From the IMG/VR virus record IMGVR_UViG_3300030376_006438, positions 1 to 49,979 of that record: a stretch of DNA of 49,979 bases. The stretch is one strand, 5' to 3'. The notes below the pieces were generated by a model. The model was given only the letters and a program-made list of their open reading frames with translations. It ran no database searches and was not told the DNA's origin. The stretch is from a virus (lineage: Duplodnaviria > Caudoviricetes). Within the stretch, counting starts at the first letter, position 1, and each line of letters starts with the position of its first letter. The position numbers were made by a program, and so were the translations under genes. Positions 1 through 10,282 of this stretch are shown here, piece by piece.

Positions 1-45
1 TACGACGAAAACAATATTAATTGGCCTACATTGACATTGAGTTAA
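1..45 (+). CDS. partial CDS, 3' end (YDENNINWPTLTLS*); possibly tail assembly chaperone-like
   Basis: Open frame 1 from window edge to TAA at 43-45; ...WP... ending is typical of small tail-associated proteins. Confidence 0.35.
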   Translation, partial: YDENNINWPTLTLS

Positions 46-71
46 AACTAAGTAATATCTTAATTACTTAG
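31..71 (+). promoter_or_regulatory. sigma70-like promoter with overlapping inverted repeat
   Basis: TTGACA (31-36), 16 bp, TAATAT (53-58); inverted repeat CTAAGTAAT (48-56)/ATTACTTAG (63-71) just before ATG 74. Confidence 0.4.
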
Positions 72-73
72 AA

Positions 74-652
74 ATGATCGTAAACAATAATATTTTAGTC
101 AAAGAAGACTTTTTCCCTCACAGTTTTTTAAATCAAGTTGTTAAAAGAGGACTTGAATCTAATGAGATAGAAGCAACATTATCGGGTGACAAAATCGATA
201 AAAAAATGAGGGATACAAGAATAACTTGGCTCAACGATACGTGGATTTTCGATTGGATCTTACCTTATGTGCATCAACAGAATGAAGAGGCTGATTGGAA
301 TTTTTCTTTAAGTTACCCTGAAGAAATTCAATTTACGAAATACAAAGAAAATCATTTTTATAATTGGCATCAAGATCATATACATACATCAGATTCTTCA
401 ATTAATGATCAGAGAAAAATTTCTGTTGTAATTCCTTTATCTAATAGTGATGAATACGAAGGAGGTAATTTAGAGTTCTGTGATCCTACTGCATCTCCAA
501 TAAAAAAAGAAAATATTATTAATAACGATATGTTTAGACAAAAAGGAAATATTATTGTGTTTCCAAGTTTTGTTTATCATCGTGTAACTAAAGTTACGAA
601 AGGACAAAGATTATCAATGGTAATGTGGGTAAGAGGTGAAAAATGGAAGTAA
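74..652 (+). CDS. 2OG-Fe(II) oxygenase (prolyl-4-hydroxylase/PKHD-like)
   Basis: WHQD (HxD), YEGG, FPSFVYHRVTKV, RLS motifs. Confidence 0.9.
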   Translation: MIVNNNILVKEDFFPHSFLNQVVKRGLESNEIEATLSGDKIDKKMRDTRITWLNDTWIFDWILPYVHQQNEEADWNFSLSYPEEIQFTKYKENHFYNWHQDHIHTSDSSINDQRKISVVIPLSNSDEYEGGNLEFCDPTASPIKKENIINNDMFRQKGNIIVFPSFVYHRVTKVTKGQRLSMVMWVRGEKWK

Positions 653-1275
653 GTAATAAATTTAATGAATATAATTATCTTGTTATAGAGAATGCGATCT
701 CAACAGAAATGGCTGATCTTGTCAAAGATTATTTTTTAATGAAAAGAAAAGTAGTCGATCAAATGCGTTTTACAAAAGTTATGTCACCTTATGTGGACTA
801 CCTTGGTAAATGGAATGATCCTCAAGCACCTAATACTTACAGTCATTACTCTGATGTGCTCATGGAAACTCTTCTAAAAAAACTTACACCTCTAATGGAA
901 AAACATACAGGTTTGGAGTTGTATGAAAATTACTCTTATGCAAGAGCGTATAAATATGGAGACATTCTATATAGACATATAGATAGATTTTCTTGTGAGA
1001 TATCAACAACTATGAATTTAGGTGGAGATCCATGGGCCATATATTTAGATCCCACAGGAGGTCAAAACAACGAAGGTGTTGAAGTTAATTTAAGACCAGG
1101 GGATATGTTAATTTATAAAGGTAATAAATTAGAGCATTGGCGTTATGCCTTTACTGGTAATACCTGTGTACAAGCCTTTTTTCATTACAATAATAAAAAA
1201 ACAGAAGGTGCCGAAGAAAATAAGTACGATAATAGACCCTTTTTGGGATTACCTGCATGTTTCAAAAAACAATAG
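643..1275 (+). CDS. 2OG-Fe(II) oxygenase family protein
   Basis: YSYARAY, RHIDR (HxD), PGDMLIY, EHWR. Confidence 0.85.
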   Translation: MEVSNKFNEYNYLVIENAISTEMADLVKDYFLMKRKVVDQMRFTKVMSPYVDYLGKWNDPQAPNTYSHYSDVLMETLLKKLTPLMEKHTGLELYENYSYARAYKYGDILYRHIDRFSCEISTTMNLGGDPWAIYLDPTGGQNNEGVEVNLRPGDMLIYKGNKLEHWRYAFTGNTCVQAFFHYNNKKTEGAEENKYDNRPFLGLPACFKKQ

Positions 1276-1979
1276 AGTTTTCATCCCCACATCCAGATTG
1301 GCTTGTTTTACCAAAACCTGCAAAGAGATGTACACCAGAGTGGTTTAAAAAAATGAAAAATCATTTTGGTGATTTAAAAAACTATAAAAATTCCACAATT
1401 AAAAAATGTGTACCTGTTCTTGATAGTGTTACTTCTGGTTATCTAATTCTTAACCCAGCAGAAGTAGCTTTTGTTCAGGAAAAAGATCAAGTAACTTGGA
1501 GTTATAGAGAAGATGTGCATGAAGCTATATCCAACCTTAACATAGGTATAGAAACACACAAAATGGGACAAATATCAAAAGATATGATTGACTCATCTGA
1601 ATATGAAGTAGCTTTTAAATTTCTAAATCCTTGGAAAATAAAGACACCTGAAAACTATAGTTGTATATTTACAAACCCTTTTAACACTGAAGTCGATAAT
1701 ATTCGCATAATTACAGGTATAGTCGACACAGACGATTATGAACTTAATATTAATTTTCCTTTTTTCTTAAAAAAGATGCAAGTAGGAGAATCTTTTGTGT
1801 TAAAAAAAAATGTCCCTATAGCTTTAGTATTTCCCTTTCTTAGAGATAGTTGGAAAATGCAAATCAAAAAAGAAAAGGAAAAAGAAAAGAATCAATCTAA
1901 GAAGCAAGAATTTAGATTATTTTCTTTGATAGAGGATGGATATAAAAAATGTATATGGAAAAGGAAACAATATGACTAA
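1257..1979 (+). CDS. conserved phage protein of oxygenase-rich tail islands, function unknown
   Basis: 240-aa ORF, TIKKCVP, NPWKIKTP, GIVDTD, NFPF motifs; overlaps neighbours. Confidence 0.7.
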   Translation: MFQKTIEFSSPHPDWLVLPKPAKRCTPEWFKKMKNHFGDLKNYKNSTIKKCVPVLDSVTSGYLILNPAEVAFVQEKDQVTWSYREDVHEAISNLNIGIETHKMGQISKDMIDSSEYEVAFKFLNPWKIKTPENYSCIFTNPFNTEVDNIRIITGIVDTDDYELNINFPFFLKKMQVGESFVLKKNVPIALVFPFLRDSWKMQIKKEKEKEKNQSKKQEFRLFSLIEDGYKKCIWKRKQYD

Positions 1980-2409
1980 CGAATATTTATTAAAAGTTAA
2001 TGTAGAGGTTGATACAAAAGAATCTGAGGAGGTAGTATTAAAGAAAAATTTTTTACAAATCGCCGTAACTACACTACATCAGAACTTTAAATTTGATTTT
2101 AAGGGTATACAAACTTCAGACGAATGTATTACTTTTAACTATTTTTATAACGAAACCGATTGGATATTTAAGGATGAAAGAACTTTTAATTTTTTCTACC
2201 CTTTAGATGTTGATAACGCTGACTTTGTTGCAATGTATAAAAATGAACCAAAAAGAACTAATATAGAAAAAAATCACTTATACATATTTCCTTATTGGAT
2301 GACACATAAATTTATCTCTCCTACTAAAGACTTTAAGCAAGTAATCTTACAAGGTGGTTTGGATACTATAGATAGACCTATTTTAAAACAAATAAATAAA
2401 AGGTGGTAA
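1972..2409 (+). CDS. degenerate 2OG-oxygenase/cupin-like protein
   Basis: IFPYWMTH resembles the distal His motif of neighbours; start taken at ATG 1972 overlapping upstream stop. Confidence 0.55.
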   Translation: MTNEYLLKVNVEVDTKESEEVVLKKNFLQIAVTTLHQNFKFDFKGIQTSDECITFNYFYNETDWIFKDERTFNFFYPLDVDNADFVAMYKNEPKRTNIEKNHLYIFPYWMTHKFISPTKDFKQVILQGGLDTIDRPILKQINKRW

Positions 2410-2411
2410 AA

Positions 2412-3233
2412 ATGATTAAACCAGAAGAACTAAAAGAACAAAACTTTAAAATATTTTTAGGTATGCCAATGTATGGTGGCATGTTATCTGAGGCCACATT
2501 ACACGGACTTTTAGAATTACAACAGTGGTCCATGTCAAAAGAAAAAAATGTTCAGATGAGAATACAGACTATGGGAAATGAAAGTTTAATAACTAGAGCT
2601 CGTAACACGATAGTCTCTATGATGATGGATCAAACTGATTTTGTTGCAACTCATTTATTGTTTATAGATGCTGATATAGGTTTTACGTGGCAAAATATTG
2701 AACGTCTTTTATGTGCAGATAAAGACATCGCTTGTGGTATTTATCCTAGAAAACATTTGTATCTTGAAAAAATGAAAGGAATTTTAGAAGAACATCCAAA
2801 TGCAACTGAGGATCAATTAGAAGCAATGGCTTTGGGTTACAATGTAAATTTTGACGATCCTCTTAACTTAAAAGGAGAGCAAGGTTTCTTTCCTGTACAA
2901 GAAGCTGCTACAGGAATGATGCTTGTTAAAAGAGAAGTTTTTAGAACTATGTTTAAAAAATTTCCTGAAAGAAAATATGAGTCAGATCAAATAGTAAATG
3001 GAGGATCATACAAGTCAGACAATTGTTATGACTTGTTTGCAGTAGGCCCATATGAAACAAAAACTAAAGAAGGTTATCCACAAATTAGATATCTTTCTGA
3101 GGATTATTACTTTTCAAGATTATGGCAAGAATGTGGTGGAGAGATTTGGGCAGACTTAGCTATGCCATTAACACATTTTGGTAATCGAGCATTCAAAGGT
3201 CATGTTGGTACTATGGTGGCTGAAAGAAAATGA
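2412..3233 (+). CDS. GT-A fold glycosyltransferase-like protein
   Basis: SLITRARN, LLFIDADI (DxD), ATGMMLVKR, YLSEDYYF. Confidence 0.8.
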   Translation: MIKPEELKEQNFKIFLGMPMYGGMLSEATLHGLLELQQWSMSKEKNVQMRIQTMGNESLITRARNTIVSMMMDQTDFVATHLLFIDADIGFTWQNIERLLCADKDIACGIYPRKHLYLEKMKGILEEHPNATEDQLEAMALGYNVNFDDPLNLKGEQGFFPVQEAATGMMLVKREVFRTMFKKFPERKYESDQIVNGGSYKSDNCYDLFAVGPYETKTKEGYPQIRYLSEDYYFSRLWQECGGEIWADLAMPLTHFGNRAFKGHVGTMVAERK

Positions 3234-3784
3234 AACTTAGAGTAATACAAACTAATTGTTCTGCAATAAACAGTATTTACATTTATTACGACTTTCTAGA
3301 GGACATGGAATATCTTAATTTGTTAAAGGATAAAATAAAAAATCATGCAACAAAGTCAGAACAATACAACTCAACAACTTTATTAGCTAAACAAACAGAT
3401 TATCATACACTTATAGCAGATAGTGATTTTAATAAAATACATCAGTCCATTGGACACACTTTATATAATACCATTAATCTAAGAAACCCAACTCCAAATG
3501 ATAAAATACAAATAGCATTTGAGGCTTCTTGGGGTATTTGCCATGAAGAGGGTGACTCTACACAAGAACATATTCATCCTTTTATAAACTTTTCTGGAGC
3601 CTTTTATTTTGATGTTCCTACTGATACAAGAATGTGGTTTGAAGATTTTCAACAGGATGTCAAGTTAGAGACTAACATGTTAATTTTGTTTCCCTCTCTT
3701 TGTAAACATAGAGTGCACAAACATGTAGGAAAACAACCTAGAGTAACCATGGCTTTTAACATAAATTGTATTCCTTTAGATTAG
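3230..3784 (+). CDS. putative 2OG-Fe(II) oxygenase
   Basis: EHIHP, SGAFY, FPSLCKHRV, RVTMAFN. Confidence 0.8.
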   Translation: MKLRVIQTNCSAINSIYIYYDFLEDMEYLNLLKDKIKNHATKSEQYNSTTLLAKQTDYHTLIADSDFNKIHQSIGHTLYNTINLRNPTPNDKIQIAFEASWGICHEEGDSTQEHIHPFINFSGAFYFDVPTDTRMWFEDFQQDVKLETNMLILFPSLCKHRVHKHVGKQPRVTMAFNINCIPLD

Positions 3785-3823
3785 TTTTCTTTTATTTTAT
3801 TGATTTTGTAGTATATTTATATA

Positions 3824-5650
3824 ATGCCATTAGTAAATTTTAGACCAGCACCAGGTATCAATAAAGAAGTCACTGATTATACAGGTCAGGGTAAGTGGAC
3901 TGATGGTGATATGGTGCGTTTTTTTCAAGGATCTGCACAGAAAATCAAAGGTTGGCAAAAGTTCATAGCGACCACACTAGTGGGAGTAGCAAGGGACATG
4001 CACGCTTGGGTAGCTTTGGATGGAACTAGATACAATGCCATTGGCACAGATAGGAAATTATATGTATTAGAAGAGGGACTAGCTTACGATATCACGCCAA
4101 TAAGAAAAACTTCAGCTTTAACTAATCCTTTTACTACAAATGCAACAACCTCTGTAGTTGTCACAGACACAGGCCACGGTTGTGCAAAGGGAGATTTTGT
4201 TACTTTTGATTCTTTCTCAGCTATTGACGGTTTGGATATGAATAAAGAATTTGAAGTCACTAGTGTTCCTAACACTGCCGCTTATGTTGTTACACACACA
4301 TCAGCAGCTTCAGGTTCAACAGCTTCAGGTGGTGGCACAGGTAATGCGAAGTATCAAATATCAGTGGGTCCTGAATTATCAACACCAGCATTTGGTTGGG
4401 GTACTGATACTTGGGGAAGTGGTACATGGGGCACTCCTTCTACTACTTCGAACGTAACATTAGAAGCTAGACAATGGTCATTAGACAATTTTGGAGAAGA
4501 CTTAATAGCAACAGCATTAAACGGTGGAGCTTTTAAATGGGATACATCATTAGGTGTTTCAACAAGAGCAACAGCAATATCAGGAGCACCAACAGCTTCT
4601 AGATTAAGTTTGGTATCTACTCCTGATAGACATTTAGTTTTTATGGGAACAGAAAATACAATTGGAACAACTAGTTCACAAGATGATTTACTTATAAGAT
4701 TTTCTGATCAAGAAGATATAACAACGTATCAACCCACAGCAGAGAATACTGCTGGATCTTTAAGAATTGCAGACGGATCACGAATCGTGGCCGCTGAAAG
4801 ATCAAGAGGCCAAATACTTGTTTGGACAGATACTTCTTTACACGCCATGCAATTTATTGGTCCTCCTTTTACATTTGGGTTAAGACAATTGGGTCAGAAT
4901 TGTGGAGCCATTGGTAGTCATTCGGCTGTAGATATAAATGGCGTAAGCTATTGGATGTCACAGGATTCTTTCTTCCTATTCGATGGTTCGGTAAAAAAAT
5001 TACCATGTACTGTAGAACAGTTTGTATTCGACAATATTAATGTAACAGGTTCTGAAAATGCTTTTGCAGGACATAATGGAGAGTTTAACGAAATAATGTG
5101 GTTTTATCCTAGAACAGGATCAGATCAAATAAATGCAATAGTAGCTTATAATTATTTAGAGCAAACTTGGTGGACAGGAACTCTTGATAGAACCTCATGG
5201 ATTGATAGAGAAGTTTTTGATAACCCTGTTGGCACTGAGTATTTAGCAACGACAACAGCAAACAATGAGGTAATTTTGGGTTTAACTGATGGCGCAACTC
5301 AAGCTTTCTTCCATGAAACAGGAAATGATGCTGATGGTGAAGCGATAATTGCTTTTGTAAAATCTGGAGCAGTACAAATAGGAGAAGGTAATGATTTCTT
5401 GTTTGTACAAAAACTTATTCCTGACATACAAAATCAATCAGGTACACTTAATGCGAAACTTGAATTTAAGAATTATCCTAACAATAGCACAAGTGCTATT
5501 AAAACAGCTACTTTCACTGACTCCACTGAATTTGTTAGTCTACGTGGAAGAGGTAGAGAATTTACAGTTAATGTTGTTTCCAATACCACAGGTACTGCTT
5601 GGAGATTAGGAACACAACGTTTTGATATACAACCAGATGGAAGAAGATAA
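3824..5650 (+). CDS. tail/head-closure structural protein (P22 gp10-like stabilization/nozzle protein)
   Basis: 608 aa, Thr/Gly/Ser-rich beta-type sequence, WSLDNFGE, IRFSDQE, ends QPDGRR; position before ejection genes. Confidence 0.7.
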   Translation: MPLVNFRPAPGINKEVTDYTGQGKWTDGDMVRFFQGSAQKIKGWQKFIATTLVGVARDMHAWVALDGTRYNAIGTDRKLYVLEEGLAYDITPIRKTSALTNPFTTNATTSVVVTDTGHGCAKGDFVTFDSFSAIDGLDMNKEFEVTSVPNTAAYVVTHTSAASGSTASGGGTGNAKYQISVGPELSTPAFGWGTDTWGSGTWGTPSTTSNVTLEARQWSLDNFGEDLIATALNGGAFKWDTSLGVSTRATAISGAPTASRLSLVSTPDRHLVFMGTENTIGTTSSQDDLLIRFSDQEDITTYQPTAENTAGSLRIADGSRIVAAERSRGQILVWTDTSLHAMQFIGPPFTFGLRQLGQNCGAIGSHSAVDINGVSYWMSQDSFFLFDGSVKKLPCTVEQFVFDNINVTGSENAFAGHNGEFNEIMWFYPRTGSDQINAIVAYNYLEQTWWTGTLDRTSWIDREVFDNPVGTEYLATTTANNEVILGLTDGATQAFFHETGNDADGEAIIAFVKSGAVQIGEGNDFLFVQKLIPDIQNQSGTLNAKLEFKNYPNNSTSAIKTATFTDSTEFVSLRGRGREFTVNVVSNTTGTAWRLGTQRFDIQPDGRR

Positions 5651-5656
5651 AACTAC

Positions 5657-6418
5657 TTGAAACAAATTTGTTTTTGGGTTTCCTTGCCTAGATCAGGCAA
5701 TACAGTTCTAGCATCTATTTTAAATCAAAATAGAAAAATTGGATGCACACCTAATTCTATAGTATTTGAACTACTTCATAACATAAATGAAGCTAAAAAA
5801 ACCAAAGTGTTTATGAATTTTCCAGATCATGGTTCAGTGCAAAATGTATCAAAAAAAATCATACAAAATTATTATCAAGATTGGAAACAAGATATTATAA
5901 TAGATAGGAGTCCTGCCACTACTCCTAAAAATTTAGAATATTACGATTATCAAAACTATAAATATATTTTTCTTAAAAGAAGTTTAATAGAAATTGTAAA
6001 ATCTTTTATTGATTTATCTCTTAAAAATAACACTGAAAAACCTATTGAAAAAGTATATCAAGAAATAACCGATCCAAATACAATGCTACTTAGAAGTCTT
6101 TTAGCGTTAACAAATGGCTTAAAGAATATAGATAAAGAAAAATATATTTTAATAGATTACAACGACTTTGTAAAAAGTCCAAAAGACGTAATTGAAAAGA
6201 TTTACAAGTTTTTAAATATTGAATCATTTAATCATAACTTTGAGAATATTGATCAATTTTCTGTAAACGGAATGAAATATGATGATAGCATTCTTGGCTT
6301 TTACAATAATATACATAGGATAAACACTGAGTCTGTTACAAAAAGAAGCTATAACATTGAGCTACCACAGCACATAATTGATTTTTGTAGAAATTATGAA
6401 AACTTAATTATAGAATAG
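5657..6418 (+). CDS. sulfotransferase family protein
   Basis: N-terminal PAPS-binding loop LPRSGNT, IDRSP, YNDFV.SP. Confidence 0.8.
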   Translation: MKQICFWVSLPRSGNTVLASILNQNRKIGCTPNSIVFELLHNINEAKKTKVFMNFPDHGSVQNVSKKIIQNYYQDWKQDIIIDRSPATTPKNLEYYDYQNYKYIFLKRSLIEIVKSFIDLSLKNNTEKPIEKVYQEITDPNTMLLRSLLALTNGLKNIDKEKYILIDYNDFVKSPKDVIEKIYKFLNIESFNHNFENIDQFSVNGMKYDDSILGFYNNIHRINTESVTKRSYNIELPQHIIDFCRNYENLIIE

Positions 6419-6421
6419 CGT

Positions 6422-6592
6422 ATGGCAAAATTAACTATAACTAGATTTCCTGATCCAAGGGATGAGTATGATAGACAGCAACAAGCTGAATTAATAAGGC
6501 AACTTGAAGATTTAGTTTTACAACTTAATAGTTCTTACACACAAGACACTCAAGAAGAAGCAACAAGAAGAGCGTGGTTTTTAAATGGCTGA
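6422..6592 (+). CDS. small virion-region protein (56 aa, MAKLTITRFPDP...), not in ORF track
   Basis: Read by hand; ATG 6422 to TGA 6590-6592, overlaps next start, fills the gap exactly. Confidence 0.75.
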   Translation: MAKLTITRFPDPRDEYDRQQQAELIRQLEDLVLQLNSSYTQDTQEEATRRAWFLNG

Positions 6593-6941
6593 TGTATTCA
6601 AAAGATTTATTTCTAACGTAACAACTACAGATTTAACTACTGTGTTTACAGTTCCCACGGCCAATGTAGCTGCAACACCTCCTGTCCCAGTATCTACTTT
6701 TATTGTTAAAACAATTAATACTCACAATTATGATGGATCATCTGCCGTTACTGTGAATTTTGATCACAATGATGGTTCCAATGATTTACAAGTATTTCAA
6801 GTGGATGTATCTGCTTCTGACACCAATACAATAAGCACAAGTATGGTATATCAAGAGGGAGACAGTTTAAAGGTACAGGCTAATGCTGCTAGTAGAGCTA
6901 TGATAGAAGTTTCCGTTTTAGAGATAAAACAACAACAATAG
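6585..6941 (+). CDS. putative structural protein
   Basis: 118 aa beta-rich, in tail module. Confidence 0.65.
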   Translation: MADVFKRFISNVTTTDLTTVFTVPTANVAATPPVPVSTFIVKTINTHNYDGSSAVTVNFDHNDGSNDLQVFQVDVSASDTNTISTSMVYQEGDSLKVQANAASRAMIEVSVLEIKQQQ

Positions 6942-7438
6942 TGAAAGATTTTATTTTTAAAAGTAAAGTTGATAATCACGAACAAATTAAAAAGATTCTT
7001 TTACAAGAAATTAATTTAATACCAAAAAACCCAATTATGAGTGAAAATGATAATATATTGCATACAGATTGGAATTTACCTAAAGCTATGGAAAGAAAAT
7101 ACTCGGTTTTGTTTGCGCAAGTAGTTTCTCCTCATCTTGAAATGATTAGAAAAAAACTAAATGTATTCAAAATACAAATAGATAATTTTTGGTTTCAGAT
7201 TTATGGTGAAAACGGTAAACAAGAATGGCATACACATCCACATACTCACTTTAGTAATGTATACTACTTAGAGTGTCCCGAAGGGGCAGGTACTGAATTT
7301 CAACATTCAGATGTGCAGTGTGAAGAAGGAGATATATTAAGTTTTCCTGCTTTTTTACCACACAGATCTCCACCTCTTTTGTCTAATTCAACAAAAACAA
7401 TTATAGCTTTTAATTGTACCTTGGTTTTAGGGATATAA
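6941..7438 (+). CDS. putative 2OG-Fe(II) oxygenase
   Basis: WFQIY, WHTH, SNVYY, FPAFLPHRS, IIAFN. Confidence 0.8.
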   Translation: MKDFIFKSKVDNHEQIKKILLQEINLIPKNPIMSENDNILHTDWNLPKAMERKYSVLFAQVVSPHLEMIRKKLNVFKIQIDNFWFQIYGENGKQEWHTHPHTHFSNVYYLECPEGAGTEFQHSDVQCEEGDILSFPAFLPHRSPPLLSNSTKTIIAFNCTLVLGI

Positions 7439-7439
7439 A

Positions 7440-7880
7440 ATGAAGTTTTTCAACTGTGTTGATAATTACATGGATGATGAGGTTTGCGAGTCTTACATTA
7501 AAATATACGAAAACAATATTAATCAAACATATCAATACAACAACACTAACCCTCTTAAATTAGAACCTAATAAACATAGTGAACAAATACAGGTTAATTT
7601 TAACATTGCATCTAAATTAGATAACTTTGAAATTGTAAAAAGAGAAGAAGGTTCTTTTATGGATAATCATTATGATGAGGGCGATGACATAGCTTTCATC
7701 ATATATTTAAACGATAATTACATAGGAGGACACACAATTATTGAAAATGAAACTTCAATAATTCCTAAAAAAGGAAGAATATTGGTTTTTTCTAACAGTA
7801 AATTATTACATAAGGTTACAGAAATAGAACAAGGCACAAGATATGTCTTAGCTGGTTGGTTTGTGAAACAACAACAATAA
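7440..7880 (+). CDS. 2OG-Fe(II) oxygenase (P4H-like)
   Basis: HYD, IYLNDNYIGG, LLHKV, RYVLAGW. Confidence 0.85.
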   Translation: MKFFNCVDNYMDDEVCESYIKIYENNINQTYQYNNTNPLKLEPNKHSEQIQVNFNIASKLDNFEIVKREEGSFMDNHYDEGDDIAFIIYLNDNYIGGHTIIENETSIIPKKGRILVFSNSKLLHKVTEIEQGTRYVLAGWFVKQQQ

Positions 7881-7919
7881 CCTATTGATTTCCTAGTTTT
7901 TCAACTATAAAACTATAAT

Positions 7920-8171
7920 ATGGCAAAAATTATAGATGAGCCTAAGGTTTTGCGTTATGACGAAATCAATGGCGAAAAAGTTCCTGTTTACAGTGCAAAA
8001 GTAGAGACAACTGTTACTAACACTAAGACAGGTCAAGAATATACTTCACATGAGGAATGTCAGGCTGATATTGACAATCCTAATACAGACACAACCGAGG
8101 CAGATATAAGAAGAGATGTTCACGTGACAGCTCCAAATGTATTTGCAGGAGCACACACGTTACCAGAGTAA
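7920..8171 (+). CDS. conserved hypothetical protein
   Basis: 83-aa ORF directly after promoter-like TTGATT-17-TAAAAC. Confidence 0.7.
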   Translation: MAKIIDEPKVLRYDEINGEKVPVYSAKVETTVTNTKTGQEYTSHEECQADIDNPNTDTTEADIRRDVHVTAPNVFAGAHTLPE

Positions 8172-8177
8172 AAAAAA

Positions 8178-9224
8178 ATGCAAGAAAAGGAATACGCACA
8201 AGTTTATGAATTAGGTCTCGGATCGTTGGTCGGAGATTTCTTTCAAAATGTTAAGGACACTGTCACAGGTGTTGCTAAAGCCGTAGCTCCTATCGCTCCC
8301 TTTGTATTACCTTTTGTAGCTCCAGGAATTGGTAGCTTAGTGGGAGGAAAACTTGGATCTTTTTTAGCAAGTAAAGTTGGTCAAGCAGCATTAGGTGCTG
8401 GTATTCAAGGATTAGCAGGAAAAAAACCTGCTGACATAGCAAAAAATTTAGCTCTTCAAGTTGCAACTTCAGGTATTCGAGGAGTTTTAAAAGAAGATCA
8501 GGGAACTATAGGTCAAAAATTCATGAAGGGTTCTTTTGGAAAAGAAATACCACAAGTAGAAATACCTCAAGGTGGTGTAGGTGGTGGTGGAGGTGAAGGT
8601 GTAGACAAAGTTACTTTCATGGACAGATTAAAAAAACAATTTGATCCTAGATTAAGAACCGAAAATCCTAAATTTAATCAATTGAAAGCAGTAGGTATTC
8701 CTGAAGAAAAAATAATTGCTTCTGGTGTATCAAAAGAAGCTCCGTTTACCTATCAATATGGGCCATCTTTATATGCAGGTTTATCTGCCTTACCTTTAGC
8801 TGAACAATACTTAGGTCCTCAAGAAGGGGAAGTAGAACCTGAAACATCTCAAAATCTATATGCGATGAATCCATCTCAATATCAAATTGGCTCTGTTACA
8901 GGGTATAATCCTCAAGGATATTTTATGGCAGCAGAGGGTGGAGAAGTAACAGGTTTTGCAGAAGGTAGTGGCCAACGAATCGAGCACCCTGATGGTAAAG
9001 TAAAAGATCATCCTAAACGTATTGGAGAGATCGTGGGTCGTGGAACAGGGACCTCTGATGATATACCTGCAATGTTAAGTGATGGTGAATTTGTAATGAC
9101 TGCTCAAGCTGTTCGAAACGCTGGTGGTGGATCGAGAAAAGTGGGAGCAAAAAATATGTATAAAATGATGAAAAGTTTAGAAAATGGTGGTAGTTTATCA
9201 CAACAAAGCATAGGAATGGCATAA
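8178..9224 (+). CDS. internal virion/ejection protein
   Basis: Gly/Ala-rich hydrophobic N-part, MAAEGGEV, GTGTSDDIPAMLSDGEFV motif. Confidence 0.7.
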   Translation: MQEKEYAQVYELGLGSLVGDFFQNVKDTVTGVAKAVAPIAPFVLPFVAPGIGSLVGGKLGSFLASKVGQAALGAGIQGLAGKKPADIAKNLALQVATSGIRGVLKEDQGTIGQKFMKGSFGKEIPQVEIPQGGVGGGGGEGVDKVTFMDRLKKQFDPRLRTENPKFNQLKAVGIPEEKIIASGVSKEAPFTYQYGPSLYAGLSALPLAEQYLGPQEGEVEPETSQNLYAMNPSQYQIGSVTGYNPQGYFMAAEGGEVTGFAEGSGQRIEHPDGKVKDHPKRIGEIVGRGTGTSDDIPAMLSDGEFVMTAQAVRNAGGGSRKVGAKNMYKMMKSLENGGSLSQQSIGMA

Positions 9225-10282
9225 TGGCAATAACAGAACAAATAGTAAGAGAATCCCCTGAAGTAGAAGCTAGGAAACTAGGGCTATTAGATACTGCAAA
9301 AAATCTAGCTAGCACCCCTGTTGGTGGTTTTCGTTACGATGATTTAGGAAATCCTATTTTAGAAAATGTTATTGACCCTGTAACAGGTCTTCCCATACAA
9401 GATGAACAAGGAAATGTTATTCAACGTCCTGTTAGAGCAGGATTACCTCAACAACAAATAGCTGGACTTTCTCCTCAGCAACAAAGAGCGATTCAAGTAG
9501 GAGAATCAGGTGTAGGTTCTTTTGCTCCATTTTTATCTAGTGCTCTTCAATCACAGGCCGCTGGCCTCGGAACATTAGGTCAAGCAGCAAGTGCCTATAC
9601 AGATATTGGAACTGCGCCAACTATGGAACAGCTTCAACCTTTTATGAATCCTTATCAACAGTCTATACAAGATGAAATTAATCGTGCTTATAATATTGCA
9701 GAACAAGGAGCGGCCGCTCAAGCTATTGGTGCAGGAGCATTTGGTGGTAGCAGAGAAGGTGTTCAAAGAGCAGAATTAGAACGTAATCGTGCTTCAGCTT
9801 TGGCTCAAGCACAAGCACAGGCTTTTTTAAATGCACAACAACAGTTTGGAGCAAGACAACAAAGCTCAGCAGCAGGATTAGGAGCGTTAGCTCCAGAATA
9901 TGGAAGAATAGCAGGACAACAAGCAGGATTAGGTCAAATAGGTCAATCAGCAACAGGTCAAGATATTAATACATTATTAGGATTAGGTGGTTTAACACAA
10001 CAATTTGGATCAACAGATCCTCTTGGAACATTTACTCCAGGTCAAGCTCAACTAGACGCTTTGAGATCCAATCAAGTACAAAATTTATATGAGCCTTATC
10101 AACGATTAGGCTTCTTATCTGATATTTATCAGGGAGCACCAACATCACAACAAACAATTCAAACATCAACTGCACCTAGTTCTGAAGGATCTCCTTTAGC
10201 GCAAATTGCAGGCTATGGTATTGCAGGCCTTGGAGCTTTAGGTCAATATAATGCTCTTAGTGGTATGGGAGGATTATTTTAA
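9224..10282 (+). CDS. internal virion/ejection protein
   Basis: Gln/Ala/Gly-rich, FMNPYQQ, GAFGGSR; C-terminal Gly-rich hydrophobic tail. Confidence 0.75.
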   Translation: MAITEQIVRESPEVEARKLGLLDTAKNLASTPVGGFRYDDLGNPILENVIDPVTGLPIQDEQGNVIQRPVRAGLPQQQIAGLSPQQQRAIQVGESGVGSFAPFLSSALQSQAAGLGTLGQAASAYTDIGTAPTMEQLQPFMNPYQQSIQDEINRAYNIAEQGAAAQAIGAGAFGGSREGVQRAELERNRASALAQAQAQAFLNAQQQFGARQQSSAAGLGALAPEYGRIAGQQAGLGQIGQSATGQDINTLLGLGGLTQQFGSTDPLGTFTPGQAQLDALRSNQVQNLYEPYQRLGFLSDIYQGAPTSQQTIQTSTAPSSEGSPLAQIAGYGIAGLGALGQYNALSGMGGLF

